NCBI GenBank assembly: GCA_964016885.1
Contig: OZ024752.1
Span: forward strand, 19,344,001 to 19,408,000
Direction: 5' to 3'
Length of the DNA stretch: 64,000 nt
Source: Eledone cirrhosa
Taxonomy: Eukaryota
Of the stretch, positions 1 through 11,000 are shown one piece after another. The translations under genes were made by a program, and so were the position numbers. Each line of letters begins with the position of its first letter. The stretch's first letter is position 1. The notes under the pieces were generated by a model that ran no database searches, was not told where the DNA came from, and was given only the letters and a program-made list of their open reading frames with translations.

Positions 1-250
1 CCAAGTGATGTTGGCTGCCATCCGGTCTTTTCAGAATGTCCGTCACCAGGTGATCCTGGGATAACCCCGCTTCCGTTTGCCACCAGGTGGAGTCCAGTTC
101 ATCGCTGTTTTTGAGTATCGTGGGCAGGTGCAGAATATGGCCAGCCAGGCGGCACCAGTGTTCCGTGACCATCCTCGGCTGCGTCCATGACTCGGTTCTC
201 AGCAGGATTTCCTCGTTTCGCACTCGGTCATGCCAAGACACACGAAGGAT
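1..250 (-). mobile_element. Decayed RTE-clade LINE fragment (ORF C-terminal region)
   Basis: Minus strand reads RLAGHIL...TAMNWTPPGGKRKRGYPRITW, typical of the RTE post-RT C-terminus; stops and frameshifts present. Confidence 0.65.
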
Positions 251-929
251 CCAGAGATAATAGATTGGTGGAATTGTTAAAGAGTCTGACAGAATATTTA
301 GCATTATCTAATCCATCTTTTGTGTATTTTGAGTTGAAATCCTGCCTCCTTCTAGCACTTGTGACTGGCAGATAGTATGAGTAATGGAAATATTGGTTCC
401 TTAGTCTGATCTAATGATCATCTCCTTTTCTTTTAGTGTATGTAATTTGTGTAATAAGATGTATGGTTAAACCTAACCATTTGTAGATTCTGTTATCTGT
501 TTATTCAGGATTCTGTCATCTTGCTAATGGATCCACTGATTAATGTGAATGGTGTCCTGTTCAGAAAACCTGGTTATTTAGGAGACACGAATCTTTATGT
601 TGAGAACAATAGTTTAATAAGCAATTACTAAAGTGAAATATGAAGCTTCCATTTATTCAATTTTCAATCTTTGGATACTGATGGGGATAATAGATCAATT
701 AAACAACAAAATCATCGGACTAACTTATTGATCATAAGTAACCATTGATTAGCTCTAACAATAGATTTCTTTCTGAAATGGCTTCATTTGTTTGAAAGAA
801 AAAAATCCCCAAATAAACAAAGGAAAAATGAAAACTAGAAATAAAGGAAAGCCTGTATATTGTGTTAGTTGGGGTGGATATTCTTTCTACTTCCACTAAT
901 AGTCAGCGATTTTAGTTGTTGAATATGAT

Positions 930-1200
930 TGTGTCATTGAAACCTCAGGCGTACTTGGACCCCGTACTGCCGAGCTTCTCTGTAAAGTTGGAACATCAGC
1001 AGCCTGTCTGAGGAAGGAACCCTGCGAGGTGGGGTGGCTGTGGCAGCAGGTGTCGCTGCCCAGTGCCTGCAGGAATGCTTTTGTGGTCTTGTCCGCGGTG
1101 CGCACCTCCAATACTACCGCACCCTAGACCCAGAGCCCATCACTCCCCCCTCCACATTCTTCTGTAACACTAGAGCCTTTGCCTTTCCCTTCCTTTTCCA
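930..1200 (+). mobile_element. Relic of a restriction-like-endonuclease (CRE-like) non-LTR element 3' end; related copy at ~19665-19850
   Basis: Reads IETSGVLGPRTAELLCKVGTSAACLRKEPCEVGWLWQQVSL..GNA, matching the ETxG..G...QRxS...GNA end of RLE elements; second diverged copy in window. Confidence 0.55.
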
Positions 1201-1619
1201 TTTTTATATTTTCTCATTCTAAATTCCATTATTTCTTCTCAATCTATTTTTTCCTTTTTCTGTTAAATTGTTTTTATTATAAACATCAATAAAGGTTTGA
1301 ATTGATATTACTAATAGTATTTCTCTTTGTTTCCTACTAATAATATTGATTAGGTTATTTCTCTCAGTTTTACTTTTGGTTTGATGAGTAGAAATATATT
1401 TGATAATGAAACTTTTTTTCATTTTGTAATTACAGTGGAATGGGATAAAGTATTGCCATAAAGTTTTTTGATTGTCTTCTATTAGTAGCTTTCAGCTTTC
1501 ACTACATCAAGTGGTTTTTCAGCTTAGCCCTTTGTCATACTAACTCACTATTTAGTCACTTAAGCAAATAAAGAGTGAACATTTATATTTTATAAGGAAG
1601 AAGAATGTAAATATGTGAT

Positions 1620-1760
1620 GGCGCATAGCCTAGTGGTAAGGGTGTTGGACATACAATCATAATGTTGTGGGTTCGATTCGTGGACTGGGTTGTGTCTTGT
1701 GTTCTTAAGCAAAACATTTCATTTCACATTGCTCCAGTATACTCAGCTGTAAATGAGTAC
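1620..1760 (+). mobile_element. tRNA-derived SINE with CORE-like body (further copies ~8511-8845, 18085-18350, 25077-25340, 33868-34140)
   Basis: A/B-box-like head (GGCGCATAGCCTAGTGG...GGTTCGATTC) followed by TGTGTYCTTRAGCAARACAYTT..TTCACATTGCTCCAGTAYACTCAGCTG, shared by 5 copies. Confidence 0.75.
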
Positions 1761-1941
1761 CACAATAGCTGTCCATAACTTTGTTATTATTAAGCTAGTG
1801 AAGGCCGATGGAGTCATTAGAGGCAACGGACAAATGCTTAGCTGTATTTATGTCCTGAATTCAAATTCTACCATGGTCAACTTTGTCTTTCATCCTTCCA
1901 AGGTCAATAGAATAAAGTACCAATCAAGTATTGTATCCGAT

Positions 1942-4900
1942 TTAACCCTTTAATGTTCAAACCGGCCAAAACCGGCCAGAATTCTCTACCTCTTTCTGTT
2001 GAAACTGGCTGTAACCGGTCGCTCAAACTTATGTTAAGGTATTGTTCTCAAAATAAATACTTTTAAAATCTCATAGATTCGATATTATGTGAGGTAAAGC
2101 CTTTACAATGAAAATATAATAGTATATATAGAGTAATGTAAATGCTATGTGAGGTAAAGCCTTTACCATGAAAATATAATAGTATATATAGAGTAATGTA
2201 AATGTTATGTGAGGTAAAGCCTTTACCATGAAAATATAATAGTATATATAGAGTAATGTAAATGTTATGTGAGGTAAAGCCTTTACAATGAAAATATAAT
2301 AGTATATATAGAGTAATGTAAATGTTATGTGAGGTAAAGCCTTTACCATGAAAATATAATAGTATATATAGAGTAATGTAAATGCTATGTGAGGTAAAGC
2401 CTTTACCATGAAAATATAATAGTATATATAGAGTAATGTAAATGCTATGTGAGGTAAAGCCTTTACCATGAAAATATAATAGTATATATAGAGTAATGTA
2501 AATGTTATGTGAGGTAAAGCCTTTACAATGAAAATATAATAGTATATATAGAGTAATGTAAATGCTATGTGAGGTAAAGCCTTTACCATGAAAATATAAT
2601 AGTATATATAGAGTAATGTAAATGCTATGTGAGGTAAAGCCTTTACCATGAAAATATAATAGTATATATAGAGTAATGTAAATGTTATGTGAGGTAAAGC
2701 CTTTACCATGAAAATATAATAGTATATATAGAGTAATGTAAATGTTATGTGAGGTAAAGCCTTTACCATGAAAATATAATAGTATATATAGAGTAATGTA
2801 AATGTTATGTGAGGTAAAGCCTTTACCATGAAAATATAATAGTATATATAGAGTAATGTAAATGTTATGTGAGGTAAAGCCTTTACCATGAAAATATAAT
2901 AGTATATATAGAGTAATGTAAATGTTATGTGAGGTAAAGCCTTTACCATGAAAATATAATAGTATATATAGAGTAATGTAAATGCTATGTGAGGTAAAGC
3001 CTTTACCATGAAAATATAATAGTATATATAGAGTAATGTAAATGTTATGTGAGGTAAAGCCTTTACCATGAAAATATAATAGTATATATAGAGTAATGTA
3101 AATGTTATGTGAGGTAAAGCCTTTACCATGAAAATATAATAGTATATATAGAGTAATGTAAATGCTATGTGAGGTAAAGCCTTTACCATGAAAATATAAT
3201 AGTATATATAGAGTAATGTAAATGTTATGTGAGGTAAAGCTTTTACCATGAAAATATAATAGTATATATAGAGTAATGTAAATGCTATGTGAGGTAAAGC
3301 CTTTACCATGAAAATATAATAGTATATATAGAGTAATGTAAATGTTATGTGAGGTAAAGCCTTTACCATGAAAATATAATAGTATATATAGAGTAATGTA
3401 AATGTTATGTGAGGTAAAGCCTTTACCATGAAAATATAATAGTATATATAGAGTAATGTAAATGCTATGTGAGGTAAAGCCTTTACCATGAAAATATAAT
3501 AGTATATATAGAGTAATGTAAATGTTATGTGAGGTAAAGCCTTTACCATGAAAATATAATAGTATATATAGAGTAATGTAAATGCTATGTGAGGTAAAGC
3601 CTTTACCATGAAAATATAATAGTATATATAGAGTAATGTAAATGTTATGTGAGGTAAAGCCTTTACCATGAAAATATAATAGTATATATAGAGTAATGTA
3701 AATGCTATGTGAGGTAAAGCCTTTACCATGAAAATATAATAGTATATATAGAGTAATGTAAATGTTATGTGAGGTAAAGCCTTTACCATGAAAATATAAT
3801 AGTATATATAGAGTAATGTAAATGTTATGTGAGGTAAAGCCTTTACCATGAAAATATAATAGTATATATAGAGTAATGTAAATGTTATGTGAGGTAAAGC
3901 CTTTACCATGAAAATATAATAGTATATATAGAGTAATGTAAATGTTATGTGAGGTAAAGCCTTTACCATGAAAATATAATAGTATATATAGAGTAATGTA
4001 AATGCTATGTGAGGTAAAGCCTTTACCATGAAAATATAATAGTATATATAGAGTAATGTAAATGTTATGTGAGGTAAAGCCTTTACCATGAAAATATAAT
4101 AGTATATATAGAGTAATGTAAATGCTATGTGAGGTAAAGCCTTTACCATGAAAATATAATAGTATATATAGAGTAATGTAAATGTTATGTGAGGTAAAGC
4201 CTTTACCATGAAAATATAATAGTATATATAGAGTAATGTAAATGTTATGTGAGGTAAAGCCTTTACCATGAAAATATAATAGTATATATAGAGTAATGTA
4301 AATGTTATGTGAGGTAAAGCCTTTACCATGAAAATATAATAGTATATATAGAGTAATGTAAATGCTATGTGAGGTAAAGCCTTTACCATGAAAATATAAT
4401 AGTATATATAGAGTAATGTAAATGTTATGTGAGGTAAAGCCTTTACCATGAAAATATAATAGTATATATAGAGTAATGTAAATGCTATGTGAGGTAAAGC
4501 CTTTACCATGAAAATATAATAGTATATATAGAGTAATGTAAATGTTATGTGAGGTAAAGCCTTTACCATGAAAATATAATAGTATATATAGAGTAATGTA
4601 AATGCTATGTGAGGTAAAGCCTTTACCATGAAAATATAATAGTATATATAGAGTAATGTAAATGTTATGTGAGGTAAAGCCTTTACCATGAAAATATAAT
4701 AGTATATATAGAGTAATGTAAATGCTATGTGAGGTAAAGCCTTTACCATGAAAATATAATAGTATATATAGAGTAATGTAAATGTTATGTGAGGTAAAGC
4801 CTTTACCATGAAAATATAATAGTATATATAGAGTAATGTAAATGTTATGTGAGGTAAAGCCTTTACCATGAAAATATAATAGTATATATAGAGTAATGTA

Positions 4901-5169
4901 AATGCTATGTGAGGTAAAGCCTTTACCATGAAAATATAATAGTATATATAGAGTAATGTAAATGTTATGTGAGGTAAAGCCTTTACCATGAAAATATAAT
5001 AGTATATATAGAGTAATGTAAATGTTATGTGAGGTAAAGCCTTTACCATGAAAATATAATAGTATATATAGAGTAATGTAAATGCTATGTGAGGTAAAGC
5101 CTTTACCATGAAAATATAATAGTATATATAGAGTAATGTAAATGCTAAATGCTAAAAACAAAGAGTTTA
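1942..5169 (+). mobile_element. TTAA-flanked piggyBac-like MITE carrying an internal 60-bp satellite
   Basis: Starts TTAA|CCCTTT; body matches array-free copies at ~25735-25923 and 27874-28087; right end degenerate. Confidence 0.75.
2086..5146. repeat. 60-bp tandem satellite, ~51 copies
   Basis: Unit TATGTGAGGTAAAGCCTTTACCATGAAAATATAATAGTATATATAGAGTAATGTAAATGY repeats in exact 60-nt register; few variant sites. Confidence 0.98.
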
Positions 5170-5477
5170 GTGTAGTAGAACCAGGAGCAGTTTTAGACAG
5201 TTTGGTATGGAAAGGGTTACAACTACAAACATTTGTAGAATGATTGACAGTTGGAGTAGTGTAGAATAGGGGTAGCACAGATATATATTGATTGGGCTTA
5301 GTTGGTGGGGATATCCCAACAGCTAGTGGAGCAGGGAGAGATTGTAATAGAAGAAAAGGAAGAGTAAGGATGTTTATTATAACCTAGTGTGTTGGCTGTG
5401 GACAACTTGAAGCAATCTAGACTGTGTATGTCTGGGTTTGTGTACATGTGTGTGGTGGGGGAGTCGTTGTCTGGGCC

Positions 5478-5603
5478 TGTCTAGGGGCTACATTCTAGGG
5501 ACTGCAGTCTAGGGGCTACATTCTAGGGACTCCAGTCTAGGAGCTATAGTCTAGGGGCTACAGTCTAGGGACTGCAGTCTAGGAGCTACAGTCTAGGGGC
5601 TAC
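5478..5603. repeat. Short 13-14 bp tandem repeat (GTCTAGGGGCTACA / GTCTAGGGACTGCA variants)
   Basis: About 9 visible degenerate units. Confidence 0.85.
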
Positions 5604-5673
5604 ATATCATTAAAATAAAACGCACAATTAGGTTTTGGGTTTTAATCTAGTAATGTTTCTACTGGCATATGTT

Positions 5674-6439
5674 ACCACCACCATCATCACCACCACCATC
5701 ACCACCACCACCATCACCACCACTTGACCACCACCACCATCACGACCACCACCATCACCACCACAACACCACCATCATCATCATCACCACCACCACACCA
5801 TCACGACCACCATCATCATCACCACCACCACACCACCACCTTTACCATCACAACCACCACACCACCACCACAACCATCACCACCACCACCACCTTTACCA
5901 TCACAACCACCACACCATCACCACCACCACACCACCACCATCACCACCGCCACCATCATCACTCCCACCACCACCACCACCATCATCACTACTACCATCA
6001 CCACCACCACCCCCCACCCCCCATCACCACCACCCCCATCACCACCACCATCACCACCACCACCACCACGACCACCACCACCACTACCACCACCACCAGA
6101 ACCACCACCACCACCACTACCACAACCACCTCCATCCCGACAAACATCACATCACCATCAACACCATCACCACCACACCACCACACCACACCACCACCAT
6201 CACTACCACCACCACCATCACCACCACCATCACCATCACCACCACCACCACCACCAACATCACCACCACCACCACCATCACCACCACCAACATCACCACC
6301 ACCATCACCACACCACACCACCACCATCACCACCACCACACCATCACCACCACCACACCATCACCACCACACCACCACCACCACACCACCACACCACCAT
6401 CACCATCACCACCACCACCACCATCACCACCACCATCAT
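5674..6439. repeat. Degenerate (CAC/CAT)n trinucleotide tract
   Basis: Direct observation; produces spurious His/Pro/Thr ORFs. Confidence 0.95.
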
Positions 6440-7251
6440 AATCTATCATCATGTCCATTGTTCCACTCTTTCCTGGGTTAGACAGGTCCTTCACAGTACA
6501 GCATCTCTCCACATGTCTCTTTGTCATCTTATAAACTAAAGTACTGCCAAGATATATCTTTCACTCATTGTATCGTTAGACAATCAATTTATTTCCCTTC
6601 AATCAATCTCACCAATACGTAAACCATTGTTTAGTGGACAGAATAAGTAATATTCGGTTTCTTCACCAAACTTTAACAAAGCTATGTTTATAGATTGTAT
6701 ATAATAATATTGTTTTTAAGGATTCAATGTGTCCCACTTCTATAACCCTTTTCGTATCTAACCACTTGAAATCATCTTTGGTTCTGAGTCAAGACTGTTT
6801 GTTTTAAAGTGTTTATATTTATCTAATATTCTTCCATCGTAATTTTATGTAAGAACCTTTGTTAAGATATGTTCCAAATGCCAAATTAATAATGAAACAG
6901 TTACTTATTTTACTGAATCCTTTCAAATCCTTTATTATTTTTAAAATGATTTGGAAATTATAGTCAGTGAAATATAAGAAACTGGTCAACAAATACTAAA
7001 TTTTACAATTTATCCAAAACAATTTTTTTTTTTTCCATTAATAACTATTTTGTCTTGTACATCACCTTTCTTTATTTCCTTCTTCCAGTCACTTCTGTGT
7101 GACAGTGCTCTTCTTGTCCACTGGTCGCTGGTCTGTCCTGGACAGCATTTAGCTGTTTTAATGGCTGTTCTAACGATGAGTTTTCTCATTTTAAATATAT
7201 TAAATTTCCTTTTTTTTTTATCTAGCTCTTTCGGCAACTTGTGAGAATTGA

Positions 7252-8083
7252 ATGATGATATCTAATCAGATAAACTCGGTGACCAATTCCTCCATTAGTC
7301 CATCTCCAGATGAACTCTCTATGGAAGGAGGCAGTAATGTCTACAAAGGCTCACCAGAATCCCCATATTTCTCTCGTCGAATGTCTCGTCTCTCTGATGT
7401 GGATGATATAAAACGTGACCTCAGTAATATAACAGATGACTCCAATGATGATAGCTACCCGCTAACTCATATCAACACTGTTTTCTCATCACCTTCTAAC
7501 AGCATTGACTCTGGCTTCCAGTCTCCTTCCATTGAGTGTTTGTCGTTGTCTCTCTCTCCAGAGACATCCCTTTCCTCACTCCATACCTCAACCTCATCTT
7601 CTCGGAGAAAGGATTATCATAAGTCAGCAATAAGTGGAAATCATTATACCAAACATGACTTTGATATTAATTTCGCTTCACCAGAGGGAAACATTTCTTC
7701 TTGGACAACAAAAACTCCATCTGCTTCATTTATTGAACTATCACTTAATGATTCCACTTCCTGGAAGAGCAATGCTATGCCATCAGCTGGCCCCACTCCC
7801 ATGCAATGTTCTACTCCCTTATTACCGCATGACTTGAAAATCTTAACCACCCCACCAAGCACAAACAATATAGAATTTATATTAAATTCTCAAAGCTTCC
7901 AGGTATCTTCATTGCCTTCTTCTACAACTGATTCTGGTGGATTCTCACTCACCAAACAAAAAGAACTTGTAATAGAGATTCTAAAACCTGTTTCCTTTCC
8001 TGAGTCTCAGTTATCACCTCTTACATCTGCTGAGTCATCCTTCCAGCCAGCCAAGTTGAACAATCGGTCTATAATCCAGACTA
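7252..8083 (+). CDS. FOXM1: FoxM-like coding exon 1 (Ser/Pro-rich N-terminus)
   Basis: Polypyrimidine plus AG acceptor at 7224-7225, in-frame TGA immediately before ATG 7252, GTAAGT donor at 8084. Confidence 0.75.
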
Positions 8084-11000
8084 GTAAGTCCAGTACTTTA
8101 TAATTTTCCTTTTACTTTTTCAATACCATTTATACTTGTATCTAAGTTGATCCCATGTTAAAATCAACTTTTCATTTTTTACTAAAGAAGTTTGAATTTC
8201 CCATCTAAAAGTTGACCTTAGTTTTTCATGGACAACAGATCAACATCTATGAATGAAAGTACTCCTTCTGGTCGGGAACAGTTGGTGCATACAACCTTTG
8301 CCATTGGTCGGAAACAGTTGGTGCATAGAATTGTTGCCGTTGGTTAGGTGTAGAAGGGAAAGTACAAATTTAACTGAAAGATATATAATTTTGAACGTTA
8401 TAGTAATACATTATATTCTACAATGTACAAAAAAATAAAGATAAAGAGATACAAGAAACAAAGATAACGAAAGTCAAATGAATTTATTCAATACAATGCA
8501 GGCAATACATGGAGGCACATGGCTTAGTGGTTAGAGCATTGGCCTTGCAATCGAAAGGTTGTGAGTTCAATTCTCAGACCGGGTGATGTGTTGTTTCCTT
8601 GAGCAAGACACTTTATTTCACATTGCCCCAGTTTACTCAGCTGTAGAAATGAGATGATAGGGCTGGGGTCCCTATCATTCCACTGCAAAGTGGTCGTGGA
8701 GGTGCCACGGCAAAAAAGCACCCAGCACTCACTGTAAATGAGGTTGGTGTTAGGAAGGGCATCCAGCTGTAGAAATCAAGCCAGAATCAGTTCCCATCCC
8801 ACCCTTGCAAGCAGGGAAAAGCGGACGTAAAAATGATGATGAATCTTGCTTACGTTGTAATTCTTCTGAAATCGAGATAGAAGTTAGTATTTTGCCATCT
8901 CTTTAAAGCTTTTCTTTTGACATATGCTGGAGCGTGTAGTTGTTGCCACCGTTAACCAAAAGGATTTGCTCCATTGTCTGCTGCAATGTGAGGAAAATAT
9001 TGTTCAACTTCGATCTCTGTAGTTTCAGGAGGCTGTCTTCCACTTCTAGAACTAACTCATCAACATTGCTTGGTGCCTTTTGGTGCTGTAGGGATTGAAT
9101 GGCATTGAAGTATTCTAGGTCAGGACTGTTAGGAGGTTGACAAACCAATTCAATATTTAATCCCAATCGCTCTCTAGCTTATTTGAAGAGTGGATCTGTT
9201 GGATGTATGTGTGGCTGAGCATTGTCTTGCTGAATCTTGATGGGTAGTCGATTGGATCCAAGTGGCCATTTCTCCCGAATTGAAACCAGGACTTTTTCAA
9301 TTAGAAATTGACATATCTGCACTTTTGTTACTGAATCCATGACTTTGGTAACCATGGTTCCTGCAGGCCTGTTTCAACTATAAGAGCCACCTCTTTTGTA
9401 ACAAATCGCCAAATTCCAAGCTTACCATCAAAGTAGCATTAGCGATGTGAATCCCAGCATGGTCGAGCTACAGCTGCTAAAAACATAACCTTTGTAACAA
9501 AATGCTTGCTTTTAGTTGTTCTGTACAGATCACATTCATTCTTCCCTAAATAGAATTTCTTTGTATTTTGCGTCATATAGAACCATTTTTTGTCAATATG
9601 TATAACATCCAGCATTTCTTTGAATCTTCCGTGGTTCATATCCAAGTATGAACAGCAAAATTCAATACAATTCATGTTTTCAGCTGTTAGAAAGGGTTTG
9701 ACAACATTTGAGTGGCGCCTAATCTTGCCATCTTTCATTCTAGCAATCAATGTTGTCTTCGGGATTCCACATGGTTCGGCAGTTGATCTCAAAGTACTCC
9801 TTTTTTGCAACGGAATGGAGCTTAATTTTTCCAGATTTGCACAGTAGTTCTTCTTTTTTAGACCTGTGAGGTGTTTCCGGTTTGAAACATCCATTGGCAC
9901 AGATATATCGGATGAACAGACTAGATCTATATCAATTCTGCCAGACTAGATGTATATAAACTCTGCCAGACAAGATGTATATAAACTCTGCCAGACAAGA
10001 TGTATATAAACTCTGCCAGACTAGATGTATATAAACTCTGCCAGACAAGATCCATATAAACTCTGCCAGACTAGACCTATATAAACTCTGCTAGACAAGA
10101 TCTATATAAACTCTGCCAGACTAGACCTATATAAACTCTGCCAGACAAGATCTATATAAACTCTGTCAGACTAGACCTATATAAACTCTGCCAGACAAGA
10201 TGTATATAAACTCTACTAGACTAGATGTATATAAACTCTACTGAACAAGATGTATATAAGCTCTGCCAGACAAGATGTATATAAACTCTGCCAGACTAGA
10301 TGTATATAAACTCTGCCAGACAAGATCCATATAAACTCTGCCAGACTAGACCTATATAAACTCTGCTAGACAAGATCTATATAAACTCTGCCAGACTAGA
10401 CCTATATAAACTCCGCCAGACAAGATCTATATAAACTCTGCCAGACTAGACCTATATAAACTCTGCCAGACAAGATGTATATAAACTCTACTAGACTAGA
10501 TGTATATAAACTCTACTAGACAAGATGTATATAAGCTCTGCCAGACAAGATGTATATAAACTCTGCCAGACTAGATGTATATAAACTCTGCCAGACGAGA
10601 TGTATATAAACTCTGCCAGACGAGATCTATATAAACTCTGACAGACTAGATCTATATAAAATCTGCCAGACAAGATGTATCAAGCAACTAATTTCAGATA
10701 AATAGTGGTTTCTGATTTAGGCACAAGGCCATCAATTTTGGGGGAGGGGAAGTCGATTATTAGTTTGTTATTTTTATAAACCATTTTTATTATATAAATT
10801 GTGTTTATATATAGTGTTGATTATTTAAAAATAGGAGTTATAATATAATAAAAATCTTTTGTTGCCTTCTTTATTTCCAATTAATCGTAAATAACTATGA
10901 CTTTTTATCATGTGTAACTTTATTTCATAGAACCTGGAGAAACACTGAACCAGATTGAAAAGACACCAAATCTACAGGTTAGTACTTTGTTTATCCAGTA

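Noticed and set aside
2086-5146. CRISPR-like appearance of the regular arrays (also 38430-40764, 51325-52095)
   Set aside because: No unique spacers, no cas genes, eukaryotic intron-exon context
2063-5278. 1071-aa and 1012-aa minus-strand ORFs of 20-aa repeats
   Set aside because: A stop-free 60-bp unit gives long ORFs in two frames at once; the sequence is MITE-derived satellite with no splice or codon evidence
5669-6539. His/Pro/Thr-rich ORFs in several frames
   Set aside because: Translation of a CAC microsatellite; open in multiple frames and both strands
8511-8585. tRNA-like sequences at SINE heads
   Set aside because: Continue into SINE bodies and lack a complete cloverleaf; not tRNA genes
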